A DNA stretch of 52,828 nt, counting the filler, from Sphacelaria rigidula (taxonomy: Eukaryota), in NCBI GenBank assembly GCA_964200075.2. It is 2 parts of 2 records of this genome, joined end to end, with 100 filler letters (N's around TTAATTAATTAA, not from the genome) between each part and the next. Parts side by side here need not be neighbours in the genome. Positions count along the whole stretch, not along the records: positions 1 to 26,391 come from CAXNAA020000139.1; 1 more part is not named here. One strand, given 5' to 3'. The notes beneath the pieces are model-generated. The model ran no database searches, was not told where the DNA came from, and saw only the letters and a list, made by a program, of their open reading frames with translations. Shown one piece after another: positions 1 to 11,102 of the stretch. The translations under genes and the position numbers were made by a program. Each line of letters starts with the position of its first letter. Position 1 is the stretch's first letter.

Positions 1-534
1 CCCCTCGCCCTGGGAGTGGAGTATCTGAATCTGAGTACAATCGGCTGGGGGGTAAGGGGGGTATCCCTCGTTTGGCAAAAATTAGGTGAAGGGTCTAGGT
101 GACAAAGCTTGGAAAACCACGATGTGAATCCAATTGATACACTGCCCCTCACTATTGGGCCCCTGCTACTTCACGAGCCATTTAGCCGACGATTTCCCCC
201 AAATATTTCGGCTCCTACATCAAGTCGGACGAATATCATTGTTCCATAATATTTTAGCTCACGTGCACCCGGAACCGTGCCCTCCGAGACGCCAGAATTT
301 CATGTTGGCGGGCGTATCATCATCTCCTCTCCCCTGTATCATGTACCCCGTCTCTAGAGGGATGCATGGTAAATGGTCAAACGACCAAGGTGGGTAGAAA
401 TGAAGTACTCCCACCCCCATCCCCTGGTATTCCGTCTTCGAATCCCATGGCTGTGATCACGGCCGCTAGGACGAAATCTGGAAATTGGCTTATGTTGAAG
501 AAACGACAGCAAACACAAGAAAACGATCAACGAC

Positions 535-3500
535 CTTAATACGCTGCACGGGGAATAGACGTTGCGCAAGACCGATCCACACAGCGATGGCCAGGAAGAT
601 CTCCGCGAGGAAGAAGGACCACCACCAGTAGAATATCCATGACGTGTATTCCCACTGCGTCAAGTACGGGGGATAGGTCTCGAAGAATCGCCACTGTGGG
701 AAAAAGAGAGGCAGGTGTTTGGCATAGAAAAAGTAACAGAAACGGCGACAAACACACCAGGACACGTCAGTGAAATCGAGGGGCACTGATAGAGGGTGTA
801 GATGATCAGCCCTCAAAATATCACCACAATGATTTCAGAAAAGCATGCAGAGCAGTAGTTTTCGAAGTAGAGAACCGCAGCTGTACAGTACACCAAAATC
901 TAGGACGACGTGAACATGCAATCGCTGATATCCGGCGCTTGAAAAAAATATCATTGGCGGGGTGCAAACGTGAACAAGCCGTAGGACAGAAGGCTTGAGG
1001 GGTAACGGCGAAGCTCTCGGGTGGGAAACACCACGTGAAAATGAACACTTGCGTCGAGAGAAAGTAAAACACGCCACGTTAGGCTCCATTTGGAGGACTA
1101 AACGTTATATCGCGTATTTATCGCGTCCAAAATTCAAACCTCACGTAGCGTTATATGATGCGACGTCACGTTTCTTCAAGTGCGTCACGTGTACAGGTGT
1201 GGGAAAATAAGCTTATCGAGGAACCAGGAAGCATTATTCATGATCAGGTGTACCATGATATATCTTGGGGGGAATTCGATTGATTTCATCTTTTGAGATC
1301 GAATAAAGACTCAACTTCAACAAAAGCGCTTTGGCGGGGACGGACCGCGGCAGAGAAAAAACATTGATCAACGGTTTGCGTCAAACAAGTCACATACAAT
1401 TGTAGTTTCAACTCCGGGGTGCAGTGGAATAGATAACACTCGTTCGGTCCACATCGTGAACACGAGAGACAAAGTTGCGTTCTCATCATTCCCACACACC
1501 ATAAGAACTGTAATCTCTAAAAGCAGTGGGCTCCTTTTCAGCACCGTAACATTTGTTCTATGGATGATGACACCAATAATTGTTTTCCAACCAAAAGCAG
1601 GTACCTGGAGGTAGAGTATGCCGAGAATGATGTTGAGGCAGGCCAGAAGACGGACCAAATGGGCAGATGGGAAGAGTCGCTTCTCCTGTAGCAAAAATGT
1701 AAAGATAATCCAGAGAAGAGAGGAATGATCATGATCGGATATGTCAGGCTTGCGACATCTTCGACATGGCACTGGCAGGATTAGCGCAGAAATCAACGCG
1801 TGCCATGCAACGCAGGTAACCTGGTTGAGTGGGTACAGGTGATTGAATGACGGTACACACCGCGGACTACCCCGGCGGGCTGCGTTCATCTCCCAAACCT
1901 CACGACCCGTCGAGAGGTGGGGAAAAGTGTACAAAGGTGTAAAAAAAAAAATCCTGGGTGGGCTTCTTGTGTGACCCCGGCTGATGCACCGGAAGATATC
2001 GACGGGCGCCTAGAATTGACAAAAGATGACACTGCGCTCTCGAAACTACGCACGCGCATCCAACAGTATCTTAATCCACCTCGGGGCCCAGTCCCGGGAT
2101 CCCCTCACCAACACGAGTCAAACCTGAGGGTTAGCGCAGTACACCCGGTCGAAAAAGAGGTTCGAGTCGACATCGTCATCATCCATACCGGACGCCCTCT
2201 TGAACGATCCCATCCGAGATCCCGTCATGAACCGGCGTACGCTGAACCTACTCCCGACGCTGGAGGGCGCACGGTTCCATGGGCCTTGCGAAGGCGTCTG
2301 GGGCGTGTTGAGATCGTTAACCTCCGATGCTCTGGGACTCGTGCTACTGTAGCGGTCCGAGGCAAGCCCCCGCCGCCAAGGGTAGGAAATTATTCGTGCC
2401 ACGATCCACGGAAGAAAAGCAATTAGTGGCGTCATGATCCACACACGAGATGTGGCGCGTGTTACCCCCCGTTGCGTTGGTGGAAAAGGCCGGGTAACGC
2501 AGGGAACAGGGCGTGAAAGCAAGGAGTTAGAAACGACTCCGCACTACAGTAACAAAACATCGAAATATTTCCGTACTACTCGCCTGTGGCTACGCGTGTT
2601 TCCTTCACCTCACTTTTCATTTTTTCTTATTGATTCAAATGTTCTTAGAAATACTAGGACTTCAGTTGAATAACGTGCAACGGTATCTTGGAGGAGATAC
2701 GAAAGACAGTGATGCCATCAAAATCGCTCTGTTCCCGAAATGAACATCCTGCGAACGACGAGGGCTCAGGGATTACGCGCAATGCGCGTCACCGATGAGG
2801 TTTATATGTGAATGAGCACCTAAACTTCGACAATAGAACTGCTCCCCTCTCGTTCAGCGACTTTTACGTCGCTTCACGATTTTGGTGCCTCCAAGCGTAC
2901 CGTACGAATCAGCCCCAAGGCTTTTTTTTTAGAGTTGAAACCCAGGTACATGCAGCACAGGCACGTAGAATGGAGCGAAAGTTGCGCGGCGACCTGTCTG
3001 ACCAGCGGTCGACGTTATTCTCTCCCTCTAGACATGGTGAATTCGGTTGTTCGAACCGGCGATGATTCATCCGGACTTTGACTGTTGAATTTCGAAACAT
3101 CGGGGGTGGACTGACTAGACACAACGACTCATGATTTTTTGATCGCCAGAGTGGGTAACTTTTCGAATCGGCATCACTTTGAGACGCAGGATGGGCGAAT
3201 AATACGATCAATCCCGGCGTGCGACGGGCTCACGAGTCACATATTTCGCGTCGAAGGGTCAACCATACCCCGCACTCAAGAAGCTTGGACGGAGTAATGA
3301 ATGAATCGACATCACGCTCCTCCCGAAAAACCTCCAACACTCAGAGAGCGAGGTAAGTCTTCGTGAATAATGCAAACTTTCTTCACTTGAAATTGATGCC
3401 GATTAAACAGAAGACTGACCTCGCGGTCTAAGGGTTAACCAACGATTCCGGGGTCGAGACACCATTTCTTATGGAAGATCTGTCGACAACTGCCGACACC

Positions 3501-6500
3501 TGTCGATATCTGCCACAACACAGGCATATCGGGGGGGGGGGCGTACGTATTTGTTGCTTCCCTGAGTCGTATGACCATTGACCACGCATCTCTTCCGAGA
3601 CGGAGCATATCGGGGGGGGGACGGCGCTGTAACGCTCTGACCGCCAGGTTAGGTAGGCATTATGCGTAAACAAAAGCATCACACGCGATTCGGGAGTTGG
3701 CATTGTATGCCTCCAGTCGCCGGGGCAGGCCATGTGGATCTCACAAGCACTCTTCGATTCTCGATGACATGAAAACAACAGATGGACCAACCCTGACGGT
3801 GGGAAGCTTCACTCACCCGGTGCTCACAACTGTTAATTCAACAAGGGGGCACCTAGGATCAGGTGGTAGGAAACCCTACCCGTTTCACTGCCAACATCCC
3901 CCGATCTTTACACTCCGTGATTCTTGAGCGCGGTCAAGGTGTCGGAACACGCTGGATGGGATAAGACATCAACTATTTCTCATAGAAGCCATTGCAAATC
4001 GTGGCAGCTCCATGATATCTCTGAGACATCACGCCACCTCACACTGCTTTCCTACACCATGTGGGGGGGCAAGTCGGCGACCTCGACCACCACCAAGTAT
4101 GAGAAGCACGTCGAAAAAGAAGACGAACCTGCGGGTAGCTGGGATGTTCAAGCGCCCGAGATGTCTTCCCAGCATCGTGCCCGGGGACGCTGCCACGGAC
4201 TCGTTTTCGTTGTGCATGCTCTCTTCTCGGCTTTGCAAATAGCTCCGGGGGGGTTCATCTGGATCGAACCTGTTGTACGGTAGAATTAAAAAAAGGGAAG
4301 CTGTCAGTTCAGGATTCACAAGGCAATGCTCAAGTCTGGCGAACTCCACTTGAAAAAGTGGACTCGCATTTTTTGTGGCGGTACGACGGCGAAATAGAAA
4401 GGCTACCGTGCTCGAGATTTTCCCTGGGACACTGTGTGAGTGGGGTACGGCGTTCATCTCGCAACCCGGCGTGGATGTTGAAGATATTCCGTCGTGTAAT
4501 CGGTGATATCATCAATGTCATCTTGATGGATGAGAGAAACGCCGACGATTGTATGCGCCTTCCCGAGATTTGCATCGGAAAAAGTTCTCCGAACCCCCCC
4601 CACTCGCATCGCTGAAGAGGACGTGAACATAATCAAACAAAAATAACATGGTTGGATCAAACAAATCGATTTGCTTTTTCAATTTCAGGAGTTTTGACAG
4701 CTCGTACTCGTCCTTGACCGACATAGTCCCGCAGGGGTGTGTCCTGAATGTCGTGATTTCAACTATCGAATTCAGTTTGAAGTTGGTTAGAATCACGTCC
4801 GATCGGATCGAAATGCTCGCTTCGCACCACATTTCTCCGATCGAAAAATGACGCGCTAAGGCCAGCTCTTGTGGGAGCGTTTAGAGTTTTATTTAGCGAT
4901 AATTCTGGGCATTTTTTCCTTTTTCTTAGCCGTAATTGAGTTTTTGGTGCCTGTTCACCATGAAGACAAAGAAGAAAAAAACTTCTCTCGAAAAGTTGGA
5001 GAATAAAATTTCAAACGTTTCCAGAAGAATTGGCCCAAAGCCATCTCTAGTGTAAGCCACCCAAAATTTCTGTCGGAAACCGCCTTTAGGGCTTTTTTTC
5101 ACCGATTTATGCTCGAAAAGGGGGCTAGGCGGACGTTGACGGCTCGAAATGACTTGCTCTACTCGTTGAGACCGTTCGAGGGCACCTTTGCATTTCCCGC
5201 TGGCCACACTTTCGTTTTTCGGCCAAATGACGCCGTTTTTTGTTGTTGAGAATTCGTGTTTGGCAAAAACTGAGAGTGAGGCCAGCGAGAAATGCAAAGT
5301 TGCCCTGGAACGGCCTCAATGAGAGGAGCAAGTCATTTCAAGGCGTCGACATTCGCCTAGCCCTTTTTTCAGGCGTAAAACGACGCAGGGCCAAAAAGGT
5401 AGTTTTGGATCGAGATTGTGCGGTAGAAACGAGAATCCCGATTTGATAAGTCGTAATTTAAAGACGGTTGAAGTCACGACCGATCAGACTGAGATTTTTG
5501 TTTACCACCGCACTTTTTTTCATAACTAAAACTCAAGTCCCAAGACTATTAGATGACACGAAGTGGACTACCGGGTGGGGCGACGTATATTTCAAACGTT
5601 CGCTAGGTTTCATACCCGAGGCGTGCCGGAAATTCTGATGGAGAAAACGTGACAAGTGAGCACTTATCGATACTTCCACGGGGGTTTTTCCACCGAGGCG
5701 AGCAACGCATCACGCCCTTGTATAACCACTTCATATCGACGCGGTTCTCTGAATATTTTTGGACATTGGCACACACCGAGACGAGCTGCCACATGGGACG
5801 CAACACTCAACATTTGACGTGATGAAATGCCTTGTTGGCGCAGCGCCTATTTGACGGAACTCGTTATAGCCAGCCCTCGACTGTTGTACGAGTACTGTGC
5901 ACACCCGGCCATTCCGCTACGCTCATAAAAATTCTCCATCGCGCTGTTCATCTCCTCGAGGGTATTTTATCCCCAGGTGCGGGCATGAACGGATCCTCTC
6001 GAGGGCATCTGGTGCTCCAGTGACTTCTGACGTAGGAATCCCCCGAGAGCAACAAAGATGACGGTACTTTGGAGGGCCGCGCGTTCCTCCAAATTCCCGC
6101 GCAAGGATGCGCAGCACTCCAGAGGCAAGACGAATCTCTGGGGGCGTTTTTCTCCTCTAGAGGACCGTGCATTCTTTGGGGGGACTAAATTCCTCTGCAG
6201 GCTCTAATAGTTGGTCGGAACCGAGTACATGAAAATGGAGGAGAAAAAACGTCGAGGACACCGAGGGCTGTACACATGATAAACGGACAGTACAGTTTTC
6301 CTTACACCCCCTGATGGAATTCAAAGATGAACACACGTGATCAGACGCCACAGGAACGTGATGAAAAGAATACATCAATAGATTCTCAGTTTGTACGTCA
6401 GCTCTCCTAACGCGGCAATAGATCATGAAATAAATCAGCACTAATTCATGAAACCATGTAGCTGGGCTGGCGGTCCGAGGGTTCATGCTTCTTTCATCCA

Positions 6501-9500
6501 TGTACGTGACCCTGCAACCGTGCAAGACAGGCGTTCGGAGTCGTTCCTGGATAATGAGCGGAGCGTTTTCCAGTCTTTTTGTTCAAGAACAAACGCTCAA
6601 CGTTAATCGGCTTGGGCGCGCCCCAGCGCATGTTTTGACGTTGACGTTCAATCGTCCGTGTATACGAGGTTCGTCCGAAATACATACCCGTAGACCCCAT
6701 CATAGATACCGACACGGTGAACGTTGATCATTGTGGTGCGCTCAGCCAAGGTGCCTGTCTGTGACCTGTTTTACTCATGGTGGAGATGGGGGGGTGCAAT
6801 CACGTCGGGTGTCGAATTCCAAACGTCACTGAGGATCACTTGATAATCAGAGTGGGCGATCGGTTTGGAACCTCTAAAGCGAAACGTTGTTCGATTTTTA
6901 CAGCTGCAGCAATAGAATAGGGGTTTCATGGGGGAATCGGACGAAAAACGTCCGAATAGGGGGGGGAGTGGGGGAGGGGGTGAAGGTCGTGGGGGAGACG
7001 GTACCGTTGTTTGTGTCAACTAGGGCTAGGTGCGTTATGGAACATGTGAAAAAGTCCAACCTAACCTAAGCACCACAGGCTCATCACATGAGCCATTACA
7101 ACAGGCCACCACCCCAAAAAGGCACGCGGTAACAAGGAGTCTCTTCCTAGGATGGGAATCGGCGTCCCTGACTGCCAGGGTAGACAATCTGTTGAATCGG
7201 CACGTTTCGTTTTTTTTTTCAGGGGTCACTTGATGTGATTCAACAGATCAATTACCCTCGAGATAAAGGGTTGAGAACGACAGTTGGGGAAAAAAACCGA
7301 ACCGCGACCTCGCCGCAACCGCAATGATTCCACCCGTAGCCTGGATCATGCCCATCTCGCACCAATGTTGTTGATGGGAAATTCAACCTTACGAGAAACA
7401 GAAGTGAAACCCACGCGTTTGGGCGGGAACCGATACCCTCGGGTGATAAGTGGGATAGTTTCTCAAAGGGCACGTGAGCGGAACGCGGTCGTGTTCACAT
7501 TTCTCGCTTTCATCTTCCAGGTGTTTCTGCAAGACCTTGCGTTTGTTTTCAATCGATACGATACCTCCGCATACCTCCGCCGGTAGGAAGATGTACTGCG
7601 AAAACAACCTTCAAATGTATGGAAGACCCTCACCGTGAGAGATTCCATCAAATTTGAATTTGAAGAGCGAAATCTTTTACTTAATCCACCTCCGTAAAAT
7701 GCATTCATGAGGTGCGAAATGCAGGAATGTGGGAATTACTACACACAAACCACAGCCTGTGACCACGGAAGGCGTCCGCATAAGATGCCCAGAACCAATG
7801 TACCGCGCAGATATCGGAACGGCTTTTAATGTGAAGACAACAACAACAACAACACCACACACACACTTCAGTATTAGTGATCAAAGTAGACGGTTATTTT
7901 CCGACATCCTGCCCGGCAAAACGCAGCCGGAAGGAAAAGAACAGATGCACTTGCTGGCCACAAAAATTAAGGAACAATTGTGCCCATGTTGCCTTCATAG
8001 AGAAATGTACTTGAAACAACCATTCACAAACAACTCTCACGTATGACAAAAAATGGTTAATGTCGGCACATCTCGACAACCTCGCAGTTGCCTTTTCAAC
8101 GAAGGGTGTAAGGGGGTACATGTATGACTGCCCCACTATATCACCGTCTGCACGAGCGGTCGCAATTAAGCTCGGCATTTACCCAAATTATCGTGAAACA
8201 AAAACAGAAAAAAGTGATTTTATGGGCGAAATACCGAGAATGATTTCGTTCTACGCCGTCAGCACAGGTGAACAGGCGACTGTCTGGTGGAATGGGCATG
8301 CCGATATAGCATTTTTTTCTCCTTCAATATACCGAGGGGGATAGCGTACCGCGACGTGGGTGCTGCTCGATTCGGTACAGTTCAGAAAAACATTTCGAGA
8401 GAGGAACGTAGGAACGGAGGCTATGCTCATATTCTTATGCGTGCACTATACATCAGGAGATGAGGCACAGACGGACGGAAGAACTTCGTTCAGGTAGCGC
8501 ACTTGAAATTCGAAGTTGAGAGAAATGTTTGGCCAACATTTATGACATTTGAGATTACAGGCATGCAGCGTATGCCTGTTCGGATCACATACCCACATGC
8601 CCGCTGCTTCTTCATCGCTTGCATGGCGCATCGCGTAGATTCTGTGGTGTCGACTGAGTGCAGATAAGACTACTCACAGGAACACGAAGCAAACGGCAGG
8701 CAATATCTCCGGGCTGGAAGTCGTGAACCGCAACGTAACTTTTCAGGAAGAGCTTTCGAAATCTGACTCTACATCAGCCGTTATCATGGTCCCGAAAGCT
8801 ACGAACGCACCCATGCGAGTAATTGACGTAAAGCATATCCCACGATATGATCATATTAGCAACATCGCTTTCACACACTTTCTACCCAAGTTTTGAAATG
8901 AAAGTCGAGAATACTGGGGTGCAGTATCTTACGAGAAAATGGTCCTGCCACTGCACTTGATGAACTCGGGCATTGCAACCGCACACTAGCGAAAAACTGC
9001 TCCGAAATCGCAGCTTGATTCTATTGAAGATGGAGCTCACAGCCACGTATATACGAGTACACTACTGCCGTTAGAGTCGCAAGAAGTCGGCGTCAATCTA
9101 GCAATCAATTTTACCCTGCCACGTGGGACCCCACACTCCGACCGGTTACATGCACAACCCTCTTTCTACAATGAAACCGCAGATCTTCCGTCGAGAGGAC
9201 CTTGGTTCATAAAATATAAAATATAGTACTGCTGGTGTGGTGTGGGAAGTTACGCATGACAGCGGCAGCAATCCATCAAAATCAGCGGAAATAATCGTGC
9301 AGCGCATATCCATCACGGATCAGATGCGCATGAACGGAATGAACGATGACTGACCAGCATACGAGGGGGGGGGGAACTACAGATTACAGGGTCAATCAAC
9401 AGACGCAACATCAGCACGTTGTACGGGTGTCGTGGAGTGGAAACGACTGTGCTGTACTCTTGTGTCTCTCGTATCGATCACCACAATGCCACACCTGGAA

Positions 9501-10712
9501 ACCGATTTTACATCGCTGAAACCGGCATGGACGGTGTCGCTCCCGGCTCGGCGGTTCCCCTTGCCGCGTTTCAGGATACCCCTGCTGAGGCTGCGTCCTA
9601 GAGCCGACTGATTACTTGAGTGGGTCGGTGTAGTCGCCGCCGCCGCCGCCGCCGCCGCTTCGCGCGCCTTCGCCTTGGCGACCCGCTCCATAGCGGTATT
9701 ATCGGCCTCAATAATATCATAGATATCAGGCTCTTGGATTTGCACCCTGCCGAGACTGCGCCCTGCTGAAGAGCGGAGGCTGTTTGTTGGCGGTCAGTGA
9801 GTTGGCGGAACAGAGGATGGACGGCGGCTTCCGAGGTTGGGCATGACAAAAGAGGGGGGGTGCACGATCAACACAAATTTGGAGACAGCGTACTCTGTAT
9901 CGAGCGATTAGGGCACAAAACGCACAAGGTGAAAATAAATATGTCAAGCGGTCGCGAGGAACGCGCTCCGAGATAAATACCCCCTGGCTTACGACCTAAA
10001 ACACAATGCAACGTTTTACTCCTCAGCACCATTTGTGGTATTCATGCTACTTTCCGGCGGAAAGTACACAGACAGTAATGTACTTCGCTGTCCTGTATTC
10101 TTGTTGACCTACAGCTGCGGAACGTTGCCAGAGGTGTGCCCATAGTTCAGGAGATAGTGCCATACCTCATGCTGTCGCCCGGCACGGATACGTTGGAGAC
10201 GAGATTGCTCCTGCTGGCGGTGGTGCTGTTGCTCTGGAACATCGCGATGCCACTTGCAACGCCACCGCTTTGACTTTCCTGCCTCAGAGGCGTCACGCCC
10301 CCGGATTCTTGCAAGGTCACACCTCGCCTGGGATTCTCATCGGCCTGGCACACACCACGGAACACCAAAGAATATACCACATAATCAGCACTGAGGAAAC
10401 AAGGCGTTCAGACTCTCCTCAGGCTCGCATCGAGCAGAAGCTCCCGCACGGGAACCTTCGTCGACGGGAGAAGAGCCCACATGCATCACGTATGCGGGGC
10501 AGGCAAATTGGAACCGATTGTTCTGAGATGAAGGGCTATCTGAACGATGCAACACAGATTGAGGCCATGCGAACGTAAAAGCCAAACAAGATGATCACGT
10601 AAAGCACAGCACACACATGGACCGGGTCTTCAGGCAAAGGCGATGATGGGGTCCATTGGCGCACATCGTCGTCTTGGTTCAGCTGGGGGTCATCCGCCGG
10701 CAGTAGGTCCAT
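535..10712 (-). CDS. CesA: Cellulose synthase-like GT2 glycosyltransferase, paralogue A (5' part only; continues beyond the left edge)
   Basis: Hand-built phase-consistent GT-AG exons on the minus strand: 10712-10623 (MDLLPADDPQ...EDP; donor weak, end uncertain), 10344-10166, 9779-9495, 2346-2124, 1685-1605, 693-535. The last three give ...FFDRVYCANPQ-EKRLFPSAHLVRLLACLNIILGILYLQ-WRFFETYP...WWWSFFLAEIFLAIAVWIGLAQRLFPVQRIK. This aligns by eye with the N-terminal TM region of the plus-strand CesA (FVNRADRINPQ...LNIASGTAYMIWRF...WWWWTYYMVEFFLVFAIWLGHTQRLFAVQRVR). The catalytic domain is outside the window, so the call rests on paralogy. The link across the 7.1-kb intron rests on phase-2 compatibility. 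Confidence 0.8.
2700..4830 (-). mobile_element. Probable heavily decayed LTR-retrotransposon relic (Copia-like) within the large intron of CesA paralogue A
   Basis: Broken minus-strand frames. TMLGRHLGRLNI...GKQCEV loosely resembles the Copia GAG-pre-integrase WHRRLGHLN...C motif. Many stops and frameshifts; boundaries approximate. Confidence 0.25.
4850..5590. mobile_element. Foldback / non-autonomous DNA-transposon-like element with internal inverted repeat
   Basis: Arms ~5085-5228 and ~5258-5400 are inverted copies (gccagcg(g/a)gaaatgcaaag..gccct.gaacgg.ctcaa). A related copy lies at ~41810-41975. Confidence 0.55.
5600..9200 (+). mobile_element. Decayed Ty1/Copia pol relic (RT and RNase H remnants)
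   Basis: Remnant motifs in Copia order: MYRADIGTAFN (~7800; cf. QLDVKTAFLN), AHLDNLAVA...KLGIYPNYRE (~8070-8200; cf. YVDDLL...LGI.I.RDR), IEDGAHSHVYTST (~9020; cf. RNase H C-terminus). No intact ORF; boundaries approximate. Confidence 0.4.
9634..9658 (-). repeat. (GCG)n trinucleotide run encoding poly-Ala in CesA paralogue A exon 3
   Basis: cgccgccgccgccgccgccgccgc on the plus strand; reads EAAAAAAAAT on the minus strand. Confidence 0.85.
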
Positions 10713-11102
10713 CGTTCACCGCAGCTACTTACGGCGTCTCGCGGTTGCGACGCCCTCCGCACTCTGCGAGCCCTGCAGCAACAGTTTGGCAAGGTGCGGG
10801 TTGTCTGTACCCTTGAGTGTACTGAACACAGAACTAAATTGTGGCTGGGGCGCTGGATCCCGCACAAAAGTGTACGGGTCAAACAATTACAGTTACGGAT
10901 CTTGTAATTTGGAGTTGATAATTTTCGTCGCAGCTCTGATTTTTTCCTGGAAAAATCAACATGATTTGCAACGTGTTTGTACCGCGTAGAATATTGGTCA
11001 TATTTGTTCAATCGCTAAATGTCTTCTGTTCTCATCACACCGAAGGCGGACAGAAGCAACAACAGTGCAGTGTACCTACCCATCTCAGGGAAACTCACCG
11101 CC
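10713..11102. promoter_or_regulatory. Putative bidirectional promoter and 5' UTRs between two divergent CesA-like genes
   Basis: Only 390 bp separate the inferred start codons (10712 minus, 11103 plus) in a region where introns are kb-sized. No specific motif was identified; this is inferred from geometry. Confidence 0.6.

Noticed and set aside
1917-2426. 169-aa plus-strand ORF and most other six-frame ORFs
   Set aside because: Antisense shadows of real exons or random ORFs in ~50% GC intronic/TE DNA, with no motifs.
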